From Clostridiales bacterium (GTDB taxonomy: Bacteria; Bacillota; Clostridia; Christensenellales; CAG-138): 64,000 nt of DNA. Below, one piece after another: positions 10,661-20,204 of this stretch; within the stretch, counting starts at the first letter, position 1; every line of letters starts with the position of its first letter. Below the pieces are notes generated by a model, which saw only the letters and a program-made list of their open reading frames with translations, was not told the DNA's origin and made no database searches. The DNA lies in NCBI GenBank assembly GCA_024691085.1, contig JAILNX010000005.1, forward strand, positions 3,527 through 67,526, given 5' to 3'. The translations under genes were made by a program, and so were the position numbers.

Positions 10661-11740
10661 TTGACCATAGAGATCGCGAACAAACTCATCGAGCTTCGAA
10701 GGAACAAGGGACTTTCGCAGGAGGAGCTTGCCGACAGGCTCGGCATCTCGCGCCAGGCGGTGTCGAAATGGGAGAGGGCGGAGTCGTCTCCCGACATCGA
10801 CAACATAATAATGCTTTCAAGGCTTTACGGCATAAGCGTCGACGAGCTTCTATGCAACGAGGACTCACCCGGCATGGACGAGGCGGAGCTCGGCGAGACC
10901 GGATCCGCGCACTCCGCGCCGGTCGGAACTGCCGACGGGATACGGAATCTTAAAATCTCCGTCCGCGGGAGCGTGGAGCTTTTAGGCTCGGACGGGAGCG
11001 GCTGCGAGATCGCGCTCACGGGGCCGGACGACGAAAAGGACAGCGTGCGCATGTCGCGCGACGGCGACACGTTCAATATCGTTCAGGACGACGATGACGA
11101 CGAGGGCTTCTTCGGCCGCATGTTCAGATCCAACAAGTCAAGCCTCGTCGTGACCGTGACGCTTCCGAGGAGGATGGGGGAGATCTCCGCGATCCTCAAA
11201 AGCGGCAGCCTCATCTCGAATGGGCTCAGCGCAGATATCCTTGAAGCGAAGCTCGGCGGAGGCAGGGCGTCGGTCGAGGACGGCAGGATCGAAAACCTCA
11301 GCGTCAAGACGGGCGGCGGCAGCATCATCGTTAAGGACGTTAACGGAGGGACCGCGGGGCTCAAGACCGGCGGCGGCACGGTCAAGGCGGAGGGCGTCTC
11401 CTTCTCGGGCAAGGTCAGCGCCCTTACGGACGGCGGCAGCGTGCTGCTGTCGGGCACGATGCGCGAGGCCGAGGCGGCTTCCGGCGGCGGCGACGTACGG
11501 CTTTTCGTAAGGGACGCCGATTCGGTCGAAGCGAAGACGGGCGGCGGTGGAGTCGCGGTCGAGCTTTCGGAGACCGACGGCGCCGAAGCGGAGCTAAGGA
11601 GCGGCGGCAGCAGGGCGCGGATCATCGCGTTCGGAAACGAGATCATGAGCGGCGGAAGCGTCCGCGCGTCCGTCGGGACGGGCAGGACGAAGGTGCGTGC
11701 CGTCTCGGGAGGCGGCAGCGTTAATCTTATTATCAAGTGA
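10661..11740 (+). CDS. XRE-family HTH fused to a DUF4097/adhesin-like beta-strand repeat domain
   Basis: LSQEELADRLGISRQAVSKWE, then repeated KTGGG motifs. Probable TTG start at 10661 after AAAGGAG. Confidence 0.8.
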   Translation: MTIEIANKLIELRRNKGLSQEELADRLGISRQAVSKWERAESSPDIDNIIMLSRLYGISVDELLCNEDSPGMDEAELGETGSAHSAPVGTADGIRNLKISVRGSVELLGSDGSGCEIALTGPDDEKDSVRMSRDGDTFNIVQDDDDDEGFFGRMFRSNKSSLVVTVTLPRRMGEISAILKSGSLISNGLSADILEAKLGGGRASVEDGRIENLSVKTGGGSIIVKDVNGGTAGLKTGGGTVKAEGVSFSGKVSALTDGGSVLLSGTMREAEAASGGGDVRLFVRDADSVEAKTGGGGVAVELSETDGAEAELRSGGSRARIIAFGNEIMSGGSVRASVGTGRTKVRAVSGGGSVNLIIK

Positions 11741-11903
11741 TACCATCTGCGCGAAGGGACCTTTCCTGCGGGGAAGGTCCTGCTTTTTATAACAAGATGT
11801 ACATACCATATTGCATTTCCATCCGATATTTGGTATAATAACCATAACTGTGCAGGGGATAAGCTCCCGCACGCAGCAAAGTGACAAACAAGGACAGGAT
11901 CCA

Positions 11904-12704
11904 ATGAAAAGAACGCTTTCGATATTCTTGATACTGCTCACGGCGGTGAGCTTCGCGGCAGGCTGCAAGACGCCGGTCACGCCGGACGATCCGCCCGTTG
12001 TGGATATATACACCCCGGTGCCGTTCGCGACGCCGGTTCCCACGCCGGAGGTCACGCAGCCCGCGACGCAGTTCAGCGATCCGCCCGCGACCGACACGCC
12101 CGAGCCCACGGCTACGCCCTATCAGGCCGATCCCACCGTGTTTGACGACGCCGCCTTTATAGGAAACTCCATCCTGCACGGCCTGTATTCCTACGGCATA
12201 CTTACGCACGGCAAGTTCTTCACCAAGACTTCGCTCAACGTGAACTCCGTGTTCACCTCCTATCTCGACGGCAGCTCCGTTCCCGTTATCGACGAGCTGA
12301 ACGGCGGCCGCTACGGAAAGGTCATCCTTTGCTTCGGCACGAACGAGCTCGGCTGGCCGAGCCTCGATACCTTCAGCGAGAAATACGGCAAGCTGATCGA
12401 CGCCATACGTCAGCGTCAGCCCGGCTGCAAGATCTACGTTCTCGAGGTGCTTCCCGTCAGCAAGGCGAAGAGCGACAAGAACGAGAACGGGATCAACATT
12501 GAAAACGTCAGGCGCATTAACGAGGTCATCCGCACCCTCTGCGCCGAAAAGGACGTAACGCTCATAAAGGTCCCCGAATCCTTCTATGACGCGGACGGCT
12601 ACCTCCCCGCGGACGCTTCGAGCGACGGCGTGCATCCCAAGCTCGATTATTACCGCGTTTGGGCGGAGCACATCTGCCTGTGGGTCATGGGCGTAAGACA
12701 GTAA
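11904..12704 (+). CDS. SGNH/GDSL hydrolase-family lipoprotein
   Basis: Lipobox AAGC, Pro/Thr linker, GNS, GTNE and DGVH motifs. Confidence 0.8.
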   Translation: MKRTLSIFLILLTAVSFAAGCKTPVTPDDPPVVDIYTPVPFATPVPTPEVTQPATQFSDPPATDTPEPTATPYQADPTVFDDAAFIGNSILHGLYSYGILTHGKFFTKTSLNVNSVFTSYLDGSSVPVIDELNGGRYGKVILCFGTNELGWPSLDTFSEKYGKLIDAIRQRQPGCKIYVLEVLPVSKAKSDKNENGINIENVRRINEVIRTLCAEKDVTLIKVPESFYDADGYLPADASSDGVHPKLDYYRVWAEHICLWVMGVRQ

Positions 12705-12719
12705 AAAAGGAGAAAGAAA

Positions 12720-13220
12720 ATGAAAAAAACTTTAAGATCCATCGCCGTCATAATGCTTGCGGCACTCATGGCGTTCGCCTTCGCCGCCTGCGGCGAGAAG
12801 AAAAATCCCGTAAAGGAGCATGACATGATCGCCTTTGCGAAGGATATCCTCACGAACTGCTCCTTCCAGGATGAGTTCCTTGCCGAGATCGAGGACAGGA
12901 ACTTCGCGCTCACCTTAACTAAGATCGACGCCGATCTCGTAGCCGACAAGGACGGCGTAAAGCAGATCGCCTATTACTCCTCCGCAGCGTATCCCGAAAT
13001 GATAATCTGCGTCGAGGCGGCCGACGAGGCCGCTGCCGAAAAGGTCATGGAGAAGCTCAGCGCGGTCGTTGAGCGCTACATCAAGGACTATACCGAGTAC
13101 GGTCCCGACCAGGTGGAAAAGCTGAACACCGCCGTTAAGAGGACCTCCGGCAGATACGTGGTGCTCGCCGTGACGAACGACAACACCGCCGCCGCCAAGT
13201 ACATCGACTCGGCGCTCTGA
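12720..13220 (+). CDS. DUF4358-like lipoprotein
   Basis: Lipobox FAAC. YGPDQVEKLNTAV...GRYVVLAV pattern and position next to a DHHW gene. Confidence 0.7.
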   Translation: MKKTLRSIAVIMLAALMAFAFAACGEKKNPVKEHDMIAFAKDILTNCSFQDEFLAEIEDRNFALTLTKIDADLVADKDGVKQIAYYSSAAYPEMIICVEAADEAAAEKVMEKLSAVVERYIKDYTEYGPDQVEKLNTAVKRTSGRYVVLAVTNDNTAAAKYIDSAL

Positions 13221-13226
13221 TAAAAA

Positions 13227-14405
13227 TTGAAGAACAGTAAGAAAAATTTCAAAACAAGCGAGCTCATGACCGTCATCATATTCATGGCGGCTCTGGGCTT
13301 TCTTTCCGTCCTGCTCTTTGCGCTTCCGAAGCGCGCGGGCGAGCTCGACCCCCTGGAGTTCCGCGCTCTCGCGAACGATCCGTTCAGGGACAAATCCGCG
13401 TCGACGCTCATGACCGAGCTCGTGCGCGGCGATATGTCGAAGAACGTCGATAAGTTCCTCGAGGATCACTATCCCGCAAGGAGCTTCTTCATCGCGCTCA
13501 ATTCCTATTATTTAAGGTTCACCGGCAGAAACGCCGACCAGGCCGTCGTAATGGGCAGAAACGGCAGGCTCTTCGATAAGCCGCTCGATCCCACAAGCGT
13601 TTATATCGAAAAGAACGTTTCGAAGATCAATGCGTTTTCCGGGGATAACGGCTTAAAGACTGTCATTGCCGTCGTCCCGTCCGCCGCGGAAACGGCGAAG
13701 GAGGATCTGCCCGCCGTCCATCTTAACTATTTCGACGGGGATATCGTTGCCGCCGTGCGTGAAAAGACCGACGCCTACGTTCCCGATATCGCGGGAATGT
13801 TCAATAAAAGGGCGGGGGAATACCTCATGTACAGGACCGACCATCACTGGACTATGGCCGGCGCGTACGAGGTCTACACCGATATTATGGAGCATTTCGG
13901 CGAGGAGCCCGTCAATAGGGACGGATTCAAAGTCGAAAGCTATGAGTTCTACGGAAGCTATTACAGGAAGGCCGGCCTCTGGCTGACCAAGCCCGACGCT
14001 CTTGAGGTGTGGACGAGCCCCGAGCTCGACAGGCTGACCACGAAGATCGGCTGGGGCGAAAGAACCGCAACATACAGCGGCGTCTACGACCGCGGGCAGC
14101 TTAAGGACGGCAACGTCGACAAGTACGCGGCGTACCTTTGGTCGAACAACGCCATCACGGTGATCGAGAATCCCGAAGGCAACGGTAAGACCGTCATGCT
14201 CGTGAAGGACAGCTTCGGAAACTCCATCGCTCCGCTCCTCGCGCTCACGTATTCGAGGGTGGTCATGATCGACACCAGATACTATAACAGCCCGGATCTC
14301 CCGCTCCCGTCGGAGCTCGTGACGGAGTTCGGGATCGAAGAGCTGATAGTCGTTTTAGGCGCCGATTCCGCCGTGAGCGATATCATGATCGCGTTCTTAA
14401 GATAA
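13227..14405 (+). CDS. DHHW-family (AlgJ/AlgX-like) membrane-anchored protein
   Basis: YRTDHHWT and KDSFGN motifs, N-terminal TM helix. Confidence 0.85.
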   Translation: MKNSKKNFKTSELMTVIIFMAALGFLSVLLFALPKRAGELDPLEFRALANDPFRDKSASTLMTELVRGDMSKNVDKFLEDHYPARSFFIALNSYYLRFTGRNADQAVVMGRNGRLFDKPLDPTSVYIEKNVSKINAFSGDNGLKTVIAVVPSAAETAKEDLPAVHLNYFDGDIVAAVREKTDAYVPDIAGMFNKRAGEYLMYRTDHHWTMAGAYEVYTDIMEHFGEEPVNRDGFKVESYEFYGSYYRKAGLWLTKPDALEVWTSPELDRLTTKIGWGERTATYSGVYDRGQLKDGNVDKYAAYLWSNNAITVIENPEGNGKTVMLVKDSFGNSIAPLLALTYSRVVMIDTRYYNSPDLPLPSELVTEFGIEELIVVLGADSAVSDIMIAFLR

Positions 14406-14411
14406 GGTAAT

Positions 14412-14951
14412 ATGAAGCTCAAGTCCGAAATAATGACCGAAAACGACGTCGTCCGCACGCTGGCGAGGCTCACGCACGAGATCATCGAGCGCTCGGGCGG
14501 CACGGAGGACATCGTCCTGATCGGCATAAGGCGCAGGGGACTGCCCCTCGCGCACCTCGTCGCTGCGAACATATCAAGGTTCGAGGGCGTGAGCGTCCCG
14601 GTCGGGTATCTCGACATCACCCTTTACCGCGACGATCTTACGGGGCTCAAGGACATGCCCGAGGCGGGGGAGACGTTCTTCCCCTGCGATATAAACGGCA
14701 AATGCGTCATACTCGTCGACGACGTTATTTTCACGGGACGCACTGCGCGGGCGGCGATCGAGGCCGTGTTCAGCCGCGGACGTCCGTCGATGATACAGCT
14801 TCTCGTGCTGGTGGACAGGGGCCACAGGGAGCTCCCGATCCGCCCGGACTTCGTCGGGAAGAACATCCCGACCAAGAGGAGCGAGCTCGTGGCGGTGACC
14901 GTGCCGGAAACGGACGGCGAGCCGCTCTCGGTCAAGCTTTTCGAGCGTTAA
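14412..14951 (+). CDS. pyrR: Pyrimidine attenuation regulator / UPRTase PyrR
   Basis: LDITLYRDD, VILVDDVIFTGRT, VDRGHRELPIRPDFVGKN. Confidence 0.95.
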   Translation: MKLKSEIMTENDVVRTLARLTHEIIERSGGTEDIVLIGIRRRGLPLAHLVAANISRFEGVSVPVGYLDITLYRDDLTGLKDMPEAGETFFPCDINGKCVILVDDVIFTGRTARAAIEAVFSRGRPSMIQLLVLVDRGHRELPIRPDFVGKNIPTKRSELVAVTVPETDGEPLSVKLFER

Positions 14952-14992
14952 AACCAGACCTTAACGGTTTGTAAAATTATACGGAGGGAATC

Positions 14993-16411
14993 ATGAATCT
15001 CATCTACAACGTCAAGGACAAGCCCAAATTCGGGCAGCTCGTCATGTTCGCGTTCCAGCAGCTGCTCGCGATCATGGCGGCGACCATCGCCGTGCCCGCC
15101 ATCGTCGGCAACGGCATGACCGCTTCCGCCGCGCTCTTCGGAGCGGGCGTCGGAACCATCGTCTACCAGCTCTTCACCAGGTTCAGGAGCCCCGTGTTCC
15201 TCGGATCCTCATTCGCGTTCCTGGGCTCCATGTTCGCCGCCTTCGCGGGCGCCGCTTCCATGGAGATGGGCTATCTCGGACTCATCATCGGCGCGGCCTT
15301 CGCGGCTCTCGTCTACGTCGTCATCGCGATCATCGTCAAGTTCGCGGGCGTTAAGTGGATCTCGAAGCTCATGCCCGCCGTCGTAATCGGGCCGACCGTC
15401 GCGATCATCGGTCTTTCCCTTGCCGGCAACGCCGTCGGCGATATGATGAAGGGCGACGTAGGACCTTACGTTGACGGCGTCCTCCAGCCCGTCGCTTCCC
15501 CCTATATCGCGCTCATCTGCGCGCTCATCACGCTGTTCGTCGTAATTATCTGCTCCACTTACGGCTCGAAGAAGATCAGGCTCGTTCCGTTCATCATCGG
15601 CATCCTTGCGGGCTACGCGGTCGCGCTCGTGTTCACACTCATCGGCAACGCGAACGGCATCGACGCGCTCAAAATCATCGACTTCGGTCCCTTCAAGGCG
15701 CTTGCCGCGGACGGCGTAAAGGTCTCGACCTTCGTCTCGCTTCCCGAGTTTGCGTTCATCAAGGCCTGGAACGGGCTTAAGGTGCTCACTCCCGCCTACG
15801 TCGGCACCATCGCGGTCGGCTATATCCCCGTCGCGTTCGTAGTATTTGCCGAGCATCTTGCCGACCATAAGAACCTTTCGACCATCGTCGGCAAGGATCT
15901 CACCGTTGATCCCGGCCTCTCCAGGACCCTCCTCGGCGACGGCATCGGCTCCCTCGCGGGCGCGTTCTTCGGCGGCTGCCCCAACACCACCTACGGCGAG
16001 TCCATCGGCTGCGTAGCCATCACCGGCAACGCCTCCGTTATCACCATCACCGCCGCCGCGATCCTCGCGATGCTTGCCTCGTTCATCTCCCCGTTCGTCG
16101 CGTTCCTCGATTCGATCCCCGCGTGCGTAATGGGCGGCGTCTGCATGACGCTCTACGGCTTCATCGCGGTATCCGGCCTCAAGATGCTCCAGCCCGTCGA
16201 TCTTAACGAGAACCGCAACCTCTTCGTTGCCTCCGTTATCCTCATCGCCGGCGTCGGCGGCCTCGCGCTCGAGTTCGCCCTCAAGAACGGCCAGTCGATC
16301 AAGCTGACCACCATCGCCTGCGCGCTGATCCTCGGCATCATCACCAACATCATCCTCTCCGGCAAGAAGAAGGAGGAGGGCAAGGACGAGCCCCAGCAGA
16401 TCATCAAGTAA
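14993..16411 (+). CDS. uraA: Uracil/xanthine permease (NCS2 family)
   Basis: PVFLGSSFAF and PNTTYGE NCS2 signatures. Follows pyrR. Confidence 0.88.
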   Translation: MNLIYNVKDKPKFGQLVMFAFQQLLAIMAATIAVPAIVGNGMTASAALFGAGVGTIVYQLFTRFRSPVFLGSSFAFLGSMFAAFAGAASMEMGYLGLIIGAAFAALVYVVIAIIVKFAGVKWISKLMPAVVIGPTVAIIGLSLAGNAVGDMMKGDVGPYVDGVLQPVASPYIALICALITLFVVIICSTYGSKKIRLVPFIIGILAGYAVALVFTLIGNANGIDALKIIDFGPFKALAADGVKVSTFVSLPEFAFIKAWNGLKVLTPAYVGTIAVGYIPVAFVVFAEHLADHKNLSTIVGKDLTVDPGLSRTLLGDGIGSLAGAFFGGCPNTTYGESIGCVAITGNASVITITAAAILAMLASFISPFVAFLDSIPACVMGGVCMTLYGFIAVSGLKMLQPVDLNENRNLFVASVILIAGVGGLALEFALKNGQSIKLTTIACALILGIITNIILSGKKKEEGKDEPQQIIK

Positions 16412-16424
16412 TCAAAAACGTCTT

Positions 16425-16720
16425 AAGGCCTTCCCCTTCATAAGGCGGTACAAGATAGGGATGCTTTCCATTGGAACTTAGTACCTAATAATCAAAAGAA
16501 AGCCGTTGTGCAGCTTGTTTTAAGCTTTACAGCGGCTTTTTGTATGCAGCTTCGGGGATATGACTCGCAGGTGCGGTTCGACGAGCTTGGCAGATCGAGG
16601 TTCCGCGCCTGTCGCGGCGCGGACGCGCTGACCCGCTGCGGCTCGCTAAGCTCGCAGGCGGCGCAAATAAGGGCTCAATGATCCCTTATTTGCACCGCCT
16701 TACAGAGGGAGGCCTTTTTT
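16425..16720. repeat. ~290-bp structured element bounded by imperfect ~37-bp inverted repeats (MITE-like, REP-like or structured RNA)
   Basis: Left arm AAGGCCTTCCCCTTCATAAGGCGGTACAAGATAGGGAT versus reverse complement of 16681-16716 AAGGCCTCCCTCTGTAAGGCGGTGCAAATAAGGGAT. Third partial copy at 16656-16673 and an internal hairpin at ~16499-16541. Confidence 0.55.
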
Positions 16721-16843
16721 TATCATGTTATTTGCGGTATAATGAGCGATAAGGATCTTTATTCGTAATCTTTTCAAATATCCGCGCGCATTCGGCAACT
16801 TATAGGGTGAAGGCCTTTATGTGTCCGAAAGGAGCAAAACACG

Positions 16844-17401
16844 ATGGATGACAGAAGAATAATCGAACTGTTCTTCGCAAGGGACGAACAGGCGATAGCG
16901 GAGACCTGGGATAAATACTCGGGCTTGATCAAACGCATCGCCGTGAACCTCCTGGGGAACAGCGCCGATGCGGACGAATGCGTGAACGACGCCCTGCTCG
17001 CTGTGTGGAACAACATTCCCCCCGCGAGACCCGATTCCTTAAAAGCCTATCTCGGCGGCATTGCAAGGAACAAGGCGCTGATGAGCTTCAGAAGGCGCAC
17101 CGCCAAAAAACGCTCGAACGGTCTGGAGCTCTCGCTCTCGGAGCTTGATGAGTGTGTCCCATCCCCGAATAATACGGAGGAGAGCGCGGATCTGGCCGAG
17201 CTTGCCGGACTTCTGAACGATTGGCTTCGCTCCCTTCCCGATAGGGACAGCATGCTTTTCATAAGAAGGTATTGGTACGGCGACAGCGTAAAGGAGCTTT
17301 CGAAGGAGACGGGCGAGACGGCGAACCGTCTTTCGCAGCGATTATTCTATCTGAGAAAAAAGCTCAGGGAGTTTCTTGATGAAAGGGGCGTGACGGTATG
17401 A
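16844..17401 (+). CDS. ECF RNA polymerase sigma factor
   Basis: MDDRRIIELFFARDEQAI, DADECVND, ARNKAL, FIRRYWYGDS. Overlaps the downstream anti-sigma start (ATGA). Confidence 0.92.
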   Translation: MDDRRIIELFFARDEQAIAETWDKYSGLIKRIAVNLLGNSADADECVNDALLAVWNNIPPARPDSLKAYLGGIARNKALMSFRRRTAKKRSNGLELSLSELDECVPSPNNTEESADLAELAGLLNDWLRSLPDRDSMLFIRRYWYGDSVKELSKETGETANRLSQRLFYLRKKLREFLDERGVTV

Positions 17402-20190
17402 ACGGCGGAGAGAAGCTGTATCTTGCAATGAGCTCCATAGCGGGAGATCTTGCAGAGAAGGCGGGCGAATACCGCTTTGATAATATAGAAAAGACGTCGG
17501 AGAATACGAAGAGCCGCAGGCCTTCCCGCCCGCTTGGGAGGGTGCTCATCGGGCTTGCAGCGGCGGTCGTGCTCGTCGTTTCTATCGGCGCGGGCGCTTT
17601 CGCCTATGCAGAGGCGAAGGAGTATAAGGAAGCCGCGGCGTTCTTCGAGGAGAACTGCCTGATCTCGGATGGGCTCACGCGCCGCGAGGTCAGGGCCGTC
17701 TACCGCGATATCTCATCCGGCAGGCTCGAGCTCGAAAAGACGGGCGAGGTGCTCGAAAGGAGCCTTGCCGTGCTCGAGCAGAGAGCCGAGGAGGAGCGCG
17801 AACACGGCTCGAGCCTTAAGGACGCGGAGCTTATCGCAAAGCTTTCCGTCGTCTCCGGCTGGAACGAGCACGAGGATTATCCGAATACCGTGCACGCCTA
17901 CGATTTCTGGCCGACGGCGTTCGCTGTCGAGGACGGAAAGGTCTATATCGCCGATTCGAATAAGTCCGCGATACTCATCATCGAAAACGGCGATATAAAA
18001 GTGCTGCCCGTTCCCGAGCCCGAGGGCAGATACATTTCGCTTGAATACATGGCCGTTAAGGACGGCGTGATATATATGCTTAGCTACAAGAGCGCGACGG
18101 GCGGCGAGCTCGGCGTAACGGCATTCGGGGAGGACGGCAGCATCGTATTTTCCGTACCGGTTCCGAACGGCGTGACCTATTTGGATCCTTCAAGGCTCTA
18201 TTTCGAAAACGGCGGGCTCATGCTGCTCACGCACAACCTGACGCTCTACAGGCTCGACGAAACGGAGAAAAACTGGGAAAGACTCTATCATATGGAGCTT
18301 TCCGGCATGTACGACGAGACGAAGACATTCAAGAACGCATCCGGCTTCGGCATTTCGATCACGACCGGCCCGAACACGATGGCGTCCTTTAAAAGACTGA
18401 CCGACAGCTTCCTGTATGCCGGTGTGTATGATTTTGTTCCGGATGTGCCGGTGATCAGCTTCGAATACACATTGAGGAAGTTCGATCTTTCGGGAAACCT
18501 TGTCGGCATGACGAGGATCGACGTCGGCGAATTCTTCTTCACGGACTGCGATTTCGACTATATCTCGAATGACGGAGAGGTTTACGTCCTCCACTGCTTA
18601 TCCGACGGGGTATACGTGACGAAGCCCAATCTCCGCACGACATTCTCATCCCGAATGGCTGAGATCGCCGCGAGGACGAGGGAGTATTACGAGAGGATAA
18701 AGAAACGCGGTGGGGCGGATGAGACCGAAGCTCCGACCGCTTTCCCGACCGAGGCGAATTCGCCCCGTCCCGGAGAGACTTTGGCTCCCACGCCCGAGCT
18801 CACTCCCGCTCCTACGGCGACGCCCGCGCCATCGCCCGTTCCGCCCGTGCCTACCGCCGATCCCGTAAGGGGCATACCGGAGGTCTTCCCGGGCAAGGAC
18901 GTGTTCTTCCTCCTCTATGAGGACGGCACGCTCTGGGCGGTCGGGCAGAACGCGTACGGTCAGCTCGGCAGGGGCGATACCGAGCCATCCTCCGTTCCCG
19001 TCATGATCGGCAGGGGTTTAAAGCCCGTCCTCGTCGGCGAGACCGTGCTCGCGCTCGATAATAACGGCGCGCTGTGGGGCTGGGGCAGGAACGACTGCGG
19101 TCAGCTCGGCCTGGGCGACCGGACGAACAGGCTCGTGCCGGTCAGGCTCATGAACGGCGTTAAGAGCGTGTTTAAGTACGTCGACCGGTATTACTGTCTT
19201 AAAAACGACGGCAAGCTGTATACGTGGGGCTATGAGGAAGGGCGATCCAATATCTCCGACGAGGAAAAGGAAAAACTCTTAAAGCCCGTGCTCATTTTTA
19301 AAAACGTCGAAAGCTATGATCCCGCAAGCCGCTTTGCCATTACGAAGAACCACGAGCTGTGGAACGCCGCGTACACCACGGAACCCAGAAAGCTTGCGGA
19401 CGACGTGACCGCCGTCTGGAGCTGGAACGGTATCGTCATCGCCGATACCGAGGGAAGGCTTTGGGAATACGACAGGTCGACCGGCGGAAGGTTCCCCATT
19501 ATCGAAAGCTTCAAGAGCGTCGTATACGCCGATGAAACGGCATACGTGCTGACGGACGCGGGCGAGCTGTACCTTTACCGCACGCTTGAGTTCCGGGGTC
19601 CGGACAGACTGGCGGTGCAGAGGCTGATACACATAATGGACGGCGTAAAGGAGTTTTACGCGGGGCATTACTCCACAGACGATCTGGGCTATGATTACAA
19701 GCTCGCTCTCAAGGAAAACGGCGAGCTCTGGTCGTGGACGAAGAACGGTCACGGCGCGCCGATAGGCAGAGCTCACGGCTTCCTGTTCGAGACCGAGGAG
19801 GAGCCCGCCTGCGTTGCGACGGGCGTAAAGAAGGTCGTCACCAATCGCCTGCAGACATTCATCGTAACGGAGAGCGGCGAGCTTTACGCGACGGGCTTCA
19901 ACGGCGAGGATTACTATTGGAGCATCATGGGCACGCTGGGCGACGGCTCGACCGAAACAAGGTTCGGCTTCGTCAGGCTCGACGCATGGTTCGTTACGAA
20001 TGTTGAACTCTCATTCGTCGACGAGTACCGAAGGGCGTATGAGGGCTATATGCTTCGTATCTATAATTCCGGGATAGCCGTGCTCTCGGACGGAAGCGTC
20101 CTCGTGTGGGGCTGCGATCTCTACGGGCTGCCAGGAGATACCGACAGCGTACTGCTCACGCCCGTCCGCGTAAGCGTTCCGAACGACTGA
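17398..20190 (+). CDS. Putative anti-sigma factor: cytoplasmic N-terminus, TM, beta-propeller-like domain, PT linker, RCC1/BLIP-II repeats
   Basis: Translationally coupled to the ECF gene. One TM helix, a Pro/Thr linker, and repeats DGTLWAVGQNAYGQLG and GALWGWGRNDCGQLG. Confidence 0.7.
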   Translation: MNGGEKLYLAMSSIAGDLAEKAGEYRFDNIEKTSENTKSRRPSRPLGRVLIGLAAAVVLVVSIGAGAFAYAEAKEYKEAAAFFEENCLISDGLTRREVRAVYRDISSGRLELEKTGEVLERSLAVLEQRAEEEREHGSSLKDAELIAKLSVVSGWNEHEDYPNTVHAYDFWPTAFAVEDGKVYIADSNKSAILIIENGDIKVLPVPEPEGRYISLEYMAVKDGVIYMLSYKSATGGELGVTAFGEDGSIVFSVPVPNGVTYLDPSRLYFENGGLMLLTHNLTLYRLDETEKNWERLYHMELSGMYDETKTFKNASGFGISITTGPNTMASFKRLTDSFLYAGVYDFVPDVPVISFEYTLRKFDLSGNLVGMTRIDVGEFFFTDCDFDYISNDGEVYVLHCLSDGVYVTKPNLRTTFSSRMAEIAARTREYYERIKKRGGADETEAPTAFPTEANSPRPGETLAPTPELTPAPTATPAPSPVPPVPTADPVRGIPEVFPGKDVFFLLYEDGTLWAVGQNAYGQLGRGDTEPSSVPVMIGRGLKPVLVGETVLALDNNGALWGWGRNDCGQLGLGDRTNRLVPVRLMNGVKSVFKYVDRYYCLKNDGKLYTWGYEEGRSNISDEEKEKLLKPVLIFKNVESYDPASRFAITKNHELWNAAYTTEPRKLADDVTAVWSWNGIVIADTEGRLWEYDRSTGGRFPIIESFKSVVYADETAYVLTDAGELYLYRTLEFRGPDRLAVQRLIHIMDGVKEFYAGHYSTDDLGYDYKLALKENGELWSWTKNGHGAPIGRAHGFLFETEEEPACVATGVKKVVTNRLQTFIVTESGELYATGFNGEDYYWSIMGTLGDGSTETRFGFVRLDAWFVTNVELSFVDEYRRAYEGYMLRIYNSGIAVLSDGSVLVWGCDLYGLPGDTDSVLLTPVRVSVPND

Positions 20191-20204
20191 AAAAGGAGAA
20201 TGAT

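Noticed and set aside
16545-16620. tRNA remnant (GGTTCGA-containing stretch)
   Set aside because: Could not be folded into a cloverleaf on either strand.
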